Source of the DNA: an uncultured Solirubrobacteraceae bacterium
Lineage (GTDB): Bacteria; Actinomycetota; Thermoleophilia; Solirubrobacterales; Solirubrobacteraceae
Direction: 5' to 3'
Assembly: GCA_963794905.1 (NCBI GenBank)
Contig: CAWCFO010000002.1
Location: 2,047,531-2,111,530 of the forward strand
Length of the DNA: 64,000 nucleotides
Positions 29,065-38,428 of the stretch are shown one piece after another. Below the pieces are notes generated by a model that was not told the origin of the DNA, did not search any database, and saw only the letters and a program-made list of their open reading frames with translations. Both the position numbers and the translations under genes were made by a program. Every line of letters starts with the position of its first letter. The stretch's first letter is position 1.

Positions 29065-29865
29065 ATGCCGACCGTATCGATCGATTGCTTTCACGAGCAT
29101 CTGGAGCCGATCGCGCCGACCACGTCGATCGTCGCCGTGGATGTGATTCGCGCGACGACGACCGCCGTGACGGGCGCCGCGCTCGGCATGCGCATCTTCC
29201 CCGCCGGCTCGATCGAGGCTTCGGTCAGGCTCGCGGCAGACCTCGACCGGCCGATCCTCGCCGGCGAGCTCGGGGGCGTCCAGCCTTATGGCTTCGATAT
29301 GCAGAACAGCCCGACGCAGATGATCGAGCTCGGTCAAACCGCGCGTCCGATCATCCTCCTGTCCACGTCGGGCACCCGCCTGATCGCCGAGGCCGTGCGC
29401 CACGGGCGGACGTACGCATGCTGCCTGCGCAATGCGCGAGCGCAGGCTGAGCACCTCGCCGGGGACGGTCGCGACGTGGTCGTGTTGGGTGCCGACAGCC
29501 GTGGCGAGTTCCGCGAGGAGGATCAGCTGTGCGCCGCGCGCGTGGCGACGGCGCTGGTGCGGGCCGGGTATGAGGCGGTCGGCTCATCGACCGAACGGGT
29601 GATAGAGCGTTTCGGCGACGCCCCCGACGACGCGTTCGTCGGTGGCCGCAGCGCCGCCTATCTCCGCGACACCGGGCAGGTCGAGGATCTTGACTTCGTG
29701 CTCGACCACGTGGACGACCTCGATGCCGTCTTCGCCGTCGAGCAGGGCGAGGTTCGCCCGCTCAACTCGATGAGGTCGCGCGACCCTCGGGAGAGCGTGG
29801 ACCTCCAAGCGCCCGGCGGGCGTGCGTCACTTCTTGCGCCGTCTTCCGCGGACCCGCTCCCTTAG
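29065..29865 (+). CDS. comB: 2-phosphosulfolactate phosphatase (ComB family)
   Basis: VAVDVIRATTT, ILAGE, FDMQNSP, STSGT, EEDQLCA. Confidence 0.85.
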   Translation: MPTVSIDCFHEHLEPIAPTTSIVAVDVIRATTTAVTGAALGMRIFPAGSIEASVRLAADLDRPILAGELGGVQPYGFDMQNSPTQMIELGQTARPIILLSTSGTRLIAEAVRHGRTYACCLRNARAQAEHLAGDGRDVVVLGADSRGEFREEDQLCAARVATALVRAGYEAVGSSTERVIERFGDAPDDAFVGGRSAAYLRDTGQVEDLDFVLDHVDDLDAVFAVEQGEVRPLNSMRSRDPRESVDLQAPGGRASLLAPSSADPLP

Positions 29866-31053
29866 CAGCCGGGCCCACAGCACGACGAACGGCCGCGGGT
29901 CGTCGCGTGCGAACCACGCGGCCTCGCTGACGCCGCGCAGCGAGCGCAGCCACGCACGCAGCGTGAGATCGCCCCGCCGCCGGTAGACGATCGACGACGT
30001 CACGTCGAGCGGCTCGACGATCCAGCGCCGACCGTCGGGCGCGACGGCGCTCGGCACGTCGTGACCGACCAGATCGAGATACAGCGCGCGCAGGACGTCG
30101 AGTCCGTTGTCCGCCACGAACAGCCGGAAGGTTCCGCCGATGCGTGGATTGACGTCGAGCAGCTTGTACTGCCCGTCGCGCTCGTCGAAGCGATAGCCGA
30201 TGTCCAGGATGCCCCGATAGCCGAGCTGCCGCATGAAGCGCACGGTCGTGTCGTGCACCGCTGGGTTCGCGCGACACTCACCCAGCGTCGTCGCGCCGGT
30301 GTAAGGGGGGGACTGCCGAACCTTCTTGCCGGTGAATCCGATCCGGCAGTTCGAGTCGGCGTCGAAATAGCCGTTGAACATCCACACCGTTTCGGGCGTC
30401 CCCGGGATGTATTCCTGGAGCATCACGTTGTTTGCCCCCGGCGCCTCCATCTCGTGGTATGCCTCCACCAGCTCACCGCGGTTCTCGGCGATCATCACCC
30501 TCGGTGCCGAGGCCGGCGCGTCTCCCGCATTGATGCACTTGAGCACGATCGGGAACTCGGCGCTGTCGGCGTGTCGCAGCACGTCCGTTTCACTCTCGGG
30601 AAAGGCGGACACCGGCGTGGGCACTCCGTGGCGTTGACACAGTTCATACATGCCCCGCTTACTCGAAAGCGCGCGCGCGAGCCCGACGGGCTGGCGGGGC
30701 AGCAGGAAATGCGTTTCCAAAGCGTCCATATGGTCGTCGACGAAGACGCTCGCCGCATCGTCGGCGGGGATGAGAATGCTCCGTCCGATGACGCCGGTCA
30801 GCTCTCGCAGCGCTTGGAAGACGTCGTCGGACGTCGCCTCGTCGGGGAGCACGTCCCACCCGCTGATGTAACGCGACAGGGCGGCCGGCGCTCGCAGCTC
30901 GAGCCCGAGCCGATGGACGGGAACCCCGAGTCGACCTGCGCTGCGGGCCATTCCCAGGACGCCGTGATGAAACACCCCGCGGCTCAATCCCAGGATGACG
31001 ATCGGCGTTTTCGCGTCCAGTGGACGCGACCACTCCTCGACGCTGCGTTTCAT
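29827..31053 (-). CDS. ATP-grasp carboxylate-amine ligase (D-aspartate-ligase-like)
   Basis: ARSAGRLGVPV, ILIPADD, SKRGMYELC..HGVPTP, FPIVLK, MLQEYIPG, DERDGQYKLLDVNPR. Confidence 0.82.
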   Translation of the reverse strand: MKRSVEEWSRPLDAKTPIVILGLSRGVFHHGVLGMARSAGRLGVPVHRLGLELRAPAALSRYISGWDVLPDEATSDDVFQALRELTGVIGRSILIPADDAASVFVDDHMDALETHFLLPRQPVGLARALSSKRGMYELCQRHGVPTPVSAFPESETDVLRHADSAEFPIVLKCINAGDAPASAPRVMIAENRGELVEAYHEMEAPGANNVMLQEYIPGTPETVWMFNGYFDADSNCRIGFTGKKVRQSPPYTGATTLGECRANPAVHDTTVRFMRQLGYRGILDIGYRFDERDGQYKLLDVNPRIGGTFRLFVADNGLDVLRALYLDLVGHDVPSAVAPDGRRWIVEPLDVTSSIVYRRRGDLTLRAWLRSLRGVSEAAWFARDDPRPFVVLWARLLRERVRGRRRKK

Positions 31054-31203
31054 CGCGGGCGATAAGCGTCGAGAGGGGCTTCAGGCTGCCGAGGGCTCAA
31101 GTACACTCGGCTGGCATCGCCTGCGTAGCGCTTCATCGAGCCCGACTCCAAGGTCGTTCGGGGCAATAGAAGCGATTGCATCCGCCCCGCCCGGAAGTCA
31201 GCC

Positions 31204-32064
31204 ATGATGAGTCATCAGAATCGAGAGTTTGAGAAGGATGATCCGCTGGGAGGCGTTGAGCAGGGCGGCGTCCAGCAGCATGTGAATGCGCACTTCGACT
31301 CCACCGCGTCCTACTGGGACGGAGTCTACCGTGGCGACAGCCTCCAAGGGGTCATCTATCAGGACCGCCAGGCCGCCGTCCTGGAGTACGTGGACGCCGC
31401 CGACCTGAAGGCCCAGAGTCGCGTTCTCGAGATCGGTTGCGGAGCGGGGCATCTGACGATGCAGCTGGCCGAGCGCGGCTTTCGAGTCGACGCCGTCGAC
31501 GCCAGTCCGGCGATGGTGCAGGCCACGTCGGAGAGGGCCGCGGAGCGAGGGGTGTCAGAGCGCGTGACGGTGGGCGTGGCCGACGTGCACGCCCTGCCGT
31601 TCGGATCGAGCGACTTCGACCTGGTCGTTGCCGTGGGCGTGATCCCCTGGCTGCATTCTCCGGGCGAGGCGGTCAATGAGATGGCGCGCGTGCTGCGCTC
31701 GGACGGGCAGCTCGTGCTGACCGCCGACAACCGTGCGCGCCTGGTGTCGTTCGTCGATCCACGCGCGATGCTCGCGCTCTCGCCGCTCAAGCGCCTGCTC
31801 GTCGCCGTCCGCAGACGGCGCGGGGTGGCAACCTCACGGCTGGATTTTCCACGCGCGACCGACCGGCTGCTCACGCGCGGCGGGCTGCGACTGCTGGGCC
31901 GCCGGACGGTCGGCTTCGGACCGCTGTCGTTCCTGGGGTGGATGTTCCTCGACGAGAATCGCAGCATCCGCGTCAACGCACGGCTGCAACGGCTCGCGGA
32001 CCGTGGGGCGCCGGGCCTGAGGTGGACCGGCTGGCACTACCTCGTACGTGCCGTGAAGGACTGA
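31204..32064 (+). CDS. Class I SAM-dependent methyltransferase
   Basis: RVLEIGCGAG, VDAS, ADVHALPF...FDLV, EMARVLR. Confidence 0.9.
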   Translation: MMSHQNREFEKDDPLGGVEQGGVQQHVNAHFDSTASYWDGVYRGDSLQGVIYQDRQAAVLEYVDAADLKAQSRVLEIGCGAGHLTMQLAERGFRVDAVDASPAMVQATSERAAERGVSERVTVGVADVHALPFGSSDFDLVVAVGVIPWLHSPGEAVNEMARVLRSDGQLVLTADNRARLVSFVDPRAMLALSPLKRLLVAVRRRRGVATSRLDFPRATDRLLTRGGLRLLGRRTVGFGPLSFLGWMFLDENRSIRVNARLQRLADRGAPGLRWTGWHYLVRAVKD

Positions 32065-32092
32065 CTCGGCCGCCTGGCGCCGAGCGACGGCG

Positions 32093-32848
32093 TCAGACCA
32101 CGCCTGGCGCGCCGAGCGACGGTCTGGCGGGCAAGGGCTCCCCGGCGAGGATCGCAGCGGGGGCGAGGCGCGTGAGCCAATCCCATTGACCGGCGATGCC
32201 GGGGAGCTCCCGCTCGACCTCGGCCGCAACCTCGGCCAGTTGAGGGGGGCGATGCAGATGGTCGTGGGCGTCTGACGCCAGGTCGTGGGCGACGCCCGCG
32301 CGGAGGATGTCGAGGGTGAAACGGCGCACGTGCTCGCCGAACTGCCCGCGCAGCGAGCCCGTACTGATCGAGCACAGCAAGCCGGCGTCGACGAGGCGCA
32401 GCAGGCGCTCGGGCTCGCGCTGAAAGAGCGGACAGCGCTCGGGATGCGCCAGCAGGATCTGCTCGCCGCGGCGCCGGATGGCCAACAGGAGGACGTCGAA
32501 GTCGCCGGCGGTCGGGCTCAGCGGGCTCTCCAGCAACAGATACGGACCGTCGCCGAGGCGCACGTGATCGAGTTCCTCGCCGCTCAGATCGGCAAAGCGC
32601 GAGATGTCGATCTCGCCGCCCGTGTGCACGTCGACGGCCACCTGCTCCTCGGTAAGCGCATCGCGCAGCGCTGACAGACGCCTGGGCAGCTCACCCGGAC
32701 GGACGCCCCAGCGTCCGTCTATGTGAGGAGTGGCGACGATCGTCGTCGTCCCCGCGGCGGCCGCCACTCTCGCCAGGGCAATCGAGTCGGCGATCGTCGT
32801 GGGCCCGTCGTCGAGACCCGGCAGCAGATGACAGTGCAGGTCGATCAT
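32093..32848 (-). CDS. PHP-family protein tyrosine phosphatase (CpsB/CapC type)
   Basis: MIDLHCHLLPGLDDG, ATPH, LAHPER, ASDAH. Confidence 0.92.
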   Translation of the reverse strand: MIDLHCHLLPGLDDGPTTIADSIALARVAAAAGTTTIVATPHIDGRWGVRPGELPRRLSALRDALTEEQVAVDVHTGGEIDISRFADLSGEELDHVRLGDGPYLLLESPLSPTAGDFDVLLLAIRRRGEQILLAHPERCPLFQREPERLLRLVDAGLLCSISTGSLRGQFGEHVRRFTLDILRAGVAHDLASDAHDHLHRPPQLAEVAAEVERELPGIAGQWDWLTRLAPAAILAGEPLPARPSLGAPGVV

Positions 32849-32971
32849 CGGCCCGACCAGGCGCGGTCTTCGCAGGGGCCTGACAAGCGGCTCTGTGAAC
32901 GGGCATCCATCGAAGCGGACGATATCTGTGCGCCGATCGAGCTGGAGCAGGGACGATACGCTCAGCGGCGG

Positions 32972-33895
32972 ATGCGGTTCATCGTCACCGGCGCCAGCGG
33001 TTTCGTCGGGCGGGCGCTCTGCGAGCGCCTGTTACAGCGCGGTCACGAGGTGGGCGCGATGGTGCGCCGGCCGGGCTCGCAGCCACCGGGCACGCGGGCG
33101 CTGCCGGCCGACCTCACCGACGGCGCGCGACTCGAGGAAACAGTGCAGACCGAGCGCCCCGATTGTGTGATTCACCTTGCGGCAGAGATCGCCTCGCAAC
33201 GCAGCGACCGCAAGGTCGAGGAGGTCAACGTGACCGGCACCGCCGTCTTGCTCGAGGCGTGTCTGGCCGCGGCCGGTCACGACTCGTCTCGCGGCCCGCG
33301 CTTCGTCTTCGCCTCGACCGTCGTGACCGGCGACGCGCGCGGGGCGGTGCTCACCGAGGAGACGGCGCTGCCCGTGCAGACGGCCTACGGACGGTCCAAG
33401 CAGAGGGGCGAGCAGCTGGTGCTCGCGTCCGGCCTGCCGGCGGTCGTGCTTCGGCCTTCGCACGTCTACGGGCCGGGAGGCTGGTATGCGCAGGAGCTGC
33501 TGCCACGGCTGCGCGCGCCCGGGCGCTTCGCCGTGATCGGGCGCGGCGACAACCTGTGGGACGTGGTGCACGTCGACGACGTCGTCAGCGCGTTCGTGCT
33601 CGCCGCCGAGCAACCGACGCCCAACGCCATCTATCACGTGGTCGACGACGAGCCGATCAGCTTCTACGACTTCATGGCCCTGAGCGCCGAGGCGCTCGGC
33701 GTGGGTGCGCCCCGCCGTATCCCGCAGGCGCTCGCGCGCGTGGCGGCCGGAAGCAATGCCGTTGCTGCGGTCGTGCGCTCCGCCCGTTCATCCAACGCGA
33801 GGATCAAGCGCGAGCTGGGATGGCGGCCGCGGTTCGCCACCGCCCGCGCGGGAGTCGCCGACGCGATCGCGCGCCTGGGTGACGATCACGCATAG
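32972..33895 (+). CDS. NAD-dependent epimerase/dehydratase
   Basis: MRFIVTGASGFVG, VIHLAA, YGRSK, LRPSHVYGPG. Confidence 0.9.
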   Translation: MRFIVTGASGFVGRALCERLLQRGHEVGAMVRRPGSQPPGTRALPADLTDGARLEETVQTERPDCVIHLAAEIASQRSDRKVEEVNVTGTAVLLEACLAAAGHDSSRGPRFVFASTVVTGDARGAVLTEETALPVQTAYGRSKQRGEQLVLASGLPAVVLRPSHVYGPGGWYAQELLPRLRAPGRFAVIGRGDNLWDVVHVDDVVSAFVLAAEQPTPNAIYHVVDDEPISFYDFMALSAEALGVGAPRRIPQALARVAAGSNAVAAVVRSARSSNARIKRELGWRPRFATARAGVADAIARLGDDHA

Positions 33896-33924
33896 GGAGG
33901 GCGGCCCGCGGACCGCTGCGCGCG

Positions 33925-35169
33925 TCAGCGTTCGAGGCTGAACGTTCGACAGGCCAGGTCGCCGACGTGTCGCGCGATCGCAAGCGACGCCGTCGCGGCC
34001 GGCGACGGCGCGTTGCGAACGTGCAGCGCGCGCTCGGTCGCCGAGAAAGCGAAGTCGTCGAGCAGGCGTCCGTCGCGGCCGACCGCCTGGGCGCGCACGC
34101 CTGCAAAGGCAGTCTCGACGTCGCGCGCGCGCAGCTCGGGCACGTAGCGCGCGGCGGCCGCAACCAGGGCGGAGCGCAGCGCGGCGCGGCGCAGTTCGGC
34201 GAGACCCACCGGCCAGAGGCGCCTCAGCATCCTCCAAGTGCCAGGCCACGTGAGCGTGTCGACGGCGTCGGCGCGGCGGATGCGGGAGAGGCGGTAGGCA
34301 TCGCGGGCGCCCACCATCAGCGCGGAAGGGCCGATCAGCACGTCCCCGTCGATGTGCCGCGTCAGGTGCACTCCGAGAAACGGCAGCTTGGGATCGGGAA
34401 CCGGGTAGATCAGCGATTGGACCAGGTGCCTGCGCGCCGGCGTGAGACGCAGGTAGGCGCCGCGAAACGGAACGATCCGCGGATCGGGGTCGGCGCCCGC
34501 GAAGACCGCCAGCCGGTCGGCCCACGCGCCGGCGCAGAAAACCGCGTGGCGCGCCTCGATCGCGCCGCCGGAATGCCGCAGGCGCAGCGCTCGCGCGCGG
34601 GCCTCGACACCCCGCACCTCGCAGCTCGTCGCGATCGTGCCACCGGCGTCGAGCACGTCAGCGGCGAGCGCGCGGGCCACAGCCGGGAAGTCACAGACGC
34701 CCGTGGCGGGCGAGTGCAGCCCCGCGATCGCCCGCGCGTGCGGCTCGATCTCTGCGACTTCCGCCGCCTCGATTCGGCGCAGCCCGGTCACGCCGTTTGC
34801 GTGGCCGCGACGTTCGAGCTCTGCGAGCCGGTGCAGCTCGGACGGGTCGGTCGCAAGGATCAGCTTACCGCAGCGCTCGACGGCGATGCCGCGCCGTTCG
34901 CAGTAGTCGTACAGCTCGCGCGCGCCCTGTACGCAGAGTCGCGCCTTCAACGAACCCGGCGGATAGTAGATCCCCGCGTGGACCACGCCTGAGCTGTGAC
35001 CGGTCTGATGCCGCGCGAGCTCGCTCTCGCGCTCGATCACGCACACCGAGGCGCGAGGATTTCGCAGTGCCAGGTCGCGCGCGACCGCGAGCCCGACGAT
35101 GCCCCCGCCGACGATCGCCAGGTCGCACTTCTGGGGCGGCCCACCGCTGCGGGCGGCTGAAGCCGGCAC
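33925..35169 (-). CDS. lhgO: L-2-hydroxyglutarate oxidase (FAD-dependent)
   Basis: IVGGGIVG, HQTGHSSGVVHAGIYY.PGSLKA, IYPVPDPKLPFLGVH, NAPSPAATASLAIA; GTG start after an AAAGGA RBS. Confidence 0.88.
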   Translation of the reverse strand: MPASAARSGGPPQKCDLAIVGGGIVGLAVARDLALRNPRASVCVIERESELARHQTGHSSGVVHAGIYYPPGSLKARLCVQGARELYDYCERRGIAVERCGKLILATDPSELHRLAELERRGHANGVTGLRRIEAAEVAEIEPHARAIAGLHSPATGVCDFPAVARALAADVLDAGGTIATSCEVRGVEARARALRLRHSGGAIEARHAVFCAGAWADRLAVFAGADPDPRIVPFRGAYLRLTPARRHLVQSLIYPVPDPKLPFLGVHLTRHIDGDVLIGPSALMVGARDAYRLSRIRRADAVDTLTWPGTWRMLRRLWPVGLAELRRAALRSALVAAAARYVPELRARDVETAFAGVRAQAVGRDGRLLDDFAFSATERALHVRNAPSPAATASLAIARHVGDLACRTFSLER

Positions 35170-35188
35170 GGCTGGGCGTCCTTTCTGA

Positions 35189-36595
35189 CTAGCGGGCGAC
35201 CGCTCCGGGGCCGCCGGGAGCGGTCGCGGCGGCCGCGTCGACCAGCCCGGCGCCGTACAGACGTTCATCGCCGCCGCCGCCCAGTTTGCGTGCGGTCGAG
35301 CGCAATCGCGCAGTGATCTGGGCCGGCGACGGATGACGGCCGAGGACCCCGCTGGCGATGATCAGCGCGGCCGTCGCGGCGACGTGCGGCGCCGCCATCG
35401 ACGTCCCTTCGTAGCCCGAGGGCATGCCGAAGCGTCGAACGGACGCTCCCGCGAAGGTCACCTGGTAGACGTCTCGCCCGGCCGGCTGTTCGGGGTGGCA
35501 GTTGGGGTCGCCGGGCAGGTTCGCGTCCGCGCCGCCGCCCGGCGCGACGAGCGTGAGACCGCTTCCGTCGTTCGAGTAGTCGGCCAGACAGCCGTGTTCT
35601 GTGGTGGCGCCGACGGCGATCACGTTGGGCGCGCGGGCGGGATAGGCGATCGAGCTGTGGGCCTCGTTGCCGGCGGCCGCGACCACGAGCACGCCACGGC
35701 GGCGCGCGTACTGAAGCGCTTCGATCAGCTCGGGGATGTCCGAAGCCGTGACGTTGCTGGAGAACTCGAGGCTGAGATTGATCACTCGCGCGCCGTGCTT
35801 GACCGCGAAGCGCACGCCTTCGGCGATCGTCGACGCTTCGCCTTCGCCCTGGCCGTTGAGGACGCGCACGGGCATGATGCGCGCGGCGAAAGCGAGTCCG
35901 GTCAACCCGTACTGGTTGTTGGTCGCCTCGGCGATCGTTCCGGCGACGAACGTCCCGTGACCGTTGCGATCGACGGGGAAGCGGTTGTGCGCGATGAAGT
36001 CGTACCCGCCTACGAACCCGAATCGCGAGACGTCGGGCGAGCGCAGGAAGCGGCCGTGATCGGCATACGCGACCCCGGTGTCGAGCACCGCGATCACCAC
36101 GCCTTTGCCGCCGGGAGCGCCGTCGGAGGCGACGTTTCCCCACGCGGCGGGAGCGTTCACGCCGAACGGGCCCGCGAAGTTCCATTGCAACTGCGTCCAC
36201 GCGCCCGGCGCGCCGCCCTCACCTGGGTCGTCGGGAATCAGATCGCTCGAAGCGTGGGCGACGTAGTCAGGGACCGCCCAAACGACGTCGCGTCGGGCGC
36301 GCAGGCGGCGCAGCGCCGAAGCGACGTCGGCGCCGCGGCGCAGTCGCAGCACGCGCGTGTGCGCGGCCACGACCGCCGGACCGCCGACCGCGGCGGCCCG
36401 AGCCGCAGCCGCACGCGCTCGCGCGGGCGCCCGGTCTGCGAACCTGACCACGATCTGGCCGACGTCGCTGCTGGAGGTTCGCGCGGCGTGTGCGTCCGCA
36501 GCCGGCGCCGAGGAGAGCGCCGCGCAGCAGGCGGCGAGCAGGAGCAGCGGGCGTACGCGGCGAAGCGCGGTCGGAGAGCCGGGGGCGGGGGGCAT
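35189..36595 (-). CDS. Secreted S8 family serine peptidase (single catalytic domain)
   Basis: AVLDTG, HGTFVAG, AAGN, GTSMAAPHVA; signal peptide. Confidence 0.9.
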   Translation of the reverse strand: MPPAPGSPTALRRVRPLLLLAACCAALSSAPAADAHAARTSSSDVGQIVVRFADRAPARARAAAARAAAVGGPAVVAAHTRVLRLRRGADVASALRRLRARRDVVWAVPDYVAHASSDLIPDDPGEGGAPGAWTQLQWNFAGPFGVNAPAAWGNVASDGAPGGKGVVIAVLDTGVAYADHGRFLRSPDVSRFGFVGGYDFIAHNRFPVDRNGHGTFVAGTIAEATNNQYGLTGLAFAARIMPVRVLNGQGEGEASTIAEGVRFAVKHGARVINLSLEFSSNVTASDIPELIEALQYARRRGVLVVAAAGNEAHSSIAYPARAPNVIAVGATTEHGCLADYSNDGSGLTLVAPGGGADANLPGDPNCHPEQPAGRDVYQVTFAGASVRRFGMPSGYEGTSMAAPHVAATAALIIASGVLGRHPSPAQITARLRSTARKLGGGGDERLYGAGLVDAAAATAPGGPGAVAR

Positions 36596-36667
36596 GATCG
36601 GTTGCTTAATAATGACCTTCCCAGGCAGAGCAGGCGGCAGGCGGTCGCCGCGACGGACGGGTAGACG

Positions 36668-37132
36668 ATGAACGGGCGCTTCTTTGCACGCGACGAGCAC
36701 TTCATGCGCCTGGCGCTCCGCGAGGCCGAGCTGGCGTCGGCTCATGATGATGTACCGATCGGCGCGGTCGTGGCTCAGGGCGGCGAGGCGATCGCCGTCG
36801 CCCACAACGAGCGCGAGCTGCGCCACGACCCCACCGCCCACGCCGAGATCCTCGCCCTGCGCGAGGCCGGGCGGCTCGCCCGCAGCTGGCGTCTGCTGGA
36901 CGCGACGCTGTACGTCACGCTGGAGCCCTGCGCGATGTGCGCCGGCGCGCTCGTCCTCGCGCGTGTGGCGCGTGTCGTCTTCGGCGCCGGCGATCCCAAG
37001 GCGGGAGCGTGCGGGAGCGTCCTCGACATCCTCGCCGAGCCTCGTCTCAACCACCGCCCGGCCGTGGCCGGCGGCCTGCTCGCGGACGACTGCGGAGGGC
37101 TGCTCAGCCGATTCTTCGCCTCCCGCAGATAG
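36668..37132 (+). CDS. tadA: tRNA adenosine(34) deaminase
   Basis: DVPIGAV, HN.RE..HDPTAHAE, TLEPCAMC, DPKAG. Confidence 0.92.
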   Translation: MNGRFFARDEHFMRLALREAELASAHDDVPIGAVVAQGGEAIAVAHNERELRHDPTAHAEILALREAGRLARSWRLLDATLYVTLEPCAMCAGALVLARVARVVFGAGDPKAGACGSVLDILAEPRLNHRPAVAGGLLADDCGGLLSRFFASRR

Positions 37133-37280
37133 TCGTCTGCCGGCTCGCCCCTGGTCCGACCGCTCTGCCGGCTCGAACGCGGTCCGATTACGCGGTCGCG
37201 GTTCGACCAGTCGCCCGGCGATCGCCTGGGCGTTGGAGCGAGTTGACTAAGATCACCGCTCGCCTCCGATCGGGGCCAGT

Positions 37281-37370
37281 GGAGGGGTGGCAGAGCGGTT
37301 GAATGCGGCGGTCTCGAAAACCGTTTCGGGGGAGATTCCTCCGACGAGGGTTCGAATCCCTCCCCCTCCG
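37281..37370 (+). tRNA. tRNA-Ser (anticodon CGA), long variable arm, CCA not encoded
   Basis: GGAGGGG...CCCCTCC acceptor stem, GCGGT-CTCGAAA-ACCGT anticodon arm, GGTTCGAATCC T arm. Confidence 0.95.
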
Positions 37371-37444
37371 TCGTCGCTGGGCGCGCAAGCGTTGTTCGAA
37401 ACGAGCATCGTCGGGACGTCCCAAGTGCCGCTCATGCTTGGAGC

Positions 37445-37744
37445 GTGACCGATCTCATCAGCGAGATGCTTGCGACAGAAGCGGCCATCGACAAGCTCGG
37501 AGCTCGCGGGATCTCGGTCAGCGAAGCCGAGCAGATGCTCTGGAATCGCTACGTCGTGGTCAGGAACCGGCGTGGCGGCGTTGTGCGGCCGCAGCGAAGC
37601 ATCCGCCGGCTCCTGATCGGACGCAGCGACAGTGGTCGGTTACTCACCCTGGTCATCGAGGAGACAGTCGAGCCGACGACATGGCTGCTCATCACAGGCT
37701 GGGAGTCAACGCCGGCCGAGCGTATGATCTTGACGAAGGCATGA
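37445..37744 (+). CDS. BrnT-like (DUF497/RelE fold) toxin
   Basis: KL..RGIS..EAEQ, RRLLIGRSDSGRLLTLV, LITGWE; overlaps the next gene by ATGA. Confidence 0.7.
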   Translation: MTDLISEMLATEAAIDKLGARGISVSEAEQMLWNRYVVVRNRRGGVVRPQRSIRRLLIGRSDSGRLLTLVIEETVEPTTWLLITGWESTPAERMILTKA

Positions 37745-37974
37745 CCCGTCCAGACACTGATCCGCTGCCCGGAGACTTCGACGAGGAGCTCGCGAAGCTA
37801 GATCCGACGGACGTGCAAGTGGTTGAGGCTTCGCACGATCCCCATCTGGTTGTGCAGTTCACGTTGGACGGCGATGACGCTGCCGCGCTCCAGAAGATCG
37901 CACGTAGCCAGGGGGAGAGGCCGGGCGAGGTCGTGAGGTCTCTGATCCGCGCCGCGTCAGATCGGGCTGCGTAG
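37741..37974 (+). CDS. Putative antitoxin with C-terminal ribbon-helix-helix-like region
   Basis: 77 aa, acidic N-terminus, VQFTLDGDDAAALQKIARSQGERPGEVVRSLI; coupled to the toxin. Confidence 0.6.
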   Translation: MTRPDTDPLPGDFDEELAKLDPTDVQVVEASHDPHLVVQFTLDGDDAAALQKIARSQGERPGEVVRSLIRAASDRAA

Positions 37975-38101
37975 CTCGCCCTACGTTTCACTGGGGACTA
38001 AGTCGCTCCTCACATGGCCCCGGCGTGTTTATCACTCCGCATGTCGGAGCTATTTCGCCAGCAAGAAAGCACGCCGGCCCGGCGGTTATGATCGAGATCC
38101 G

Positions 38102-38317
38102 ATGGCAAGCGGCCCGGTCATGGGTGGAGTGATCCATTCCTCCGTCCTCCTCGTTGTGCTGGCGCTGTACTTTCTGCCGAGCATCGTTGCCGTAGCGCGC
38201 AAAATCACGCATCAGGGCAGCGTGGTTGTGATCAATGTCTTCCTCGGCTGGACCTTCGTCGGATGGGTCGTCGCATTGGCGATGGCCTGTCGGACGAACC
38301 GGGTTGTGCGTGACTGA
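38102..38317 (+). CDS. Superinfection immunity protein (T4 Imm-like)
   Basis: LYFLPSIVA..RK.....VVINVFLGWTFVGWVVAL family signature; start 38102 or 38120. Confidence 0.85.
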   Translation: MASGPVMGGVIHSSVLLVVLALYFLPSIVAVARKITHQGSVVVINVFLGWTFVGWVVALAMACRTNRVVRD

Positions 38318-38428
38318 AGGTCCTACGCCCGCTTGCCAAGCGCTCGGTGTGCAGCTCTCTGATCCGCTCCCGAGCCGGGCTACTTCGAGGGTCGCCCTGT
38401 CAAGCGTTGTCGAGCCAAATGCAGCTTG

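Noticed and set aside
28183-29865. Coenzyme M biosynthesis
   Set aside because: No comC, comD/E or alkene-metabolism genes nearby; ComA/ComB alone only reach sulfolactate.
37445-38317. Prophage
   Set aside because: No integrase, structural, replication or lysis genes; Imm-like and TA genes often occur alone.
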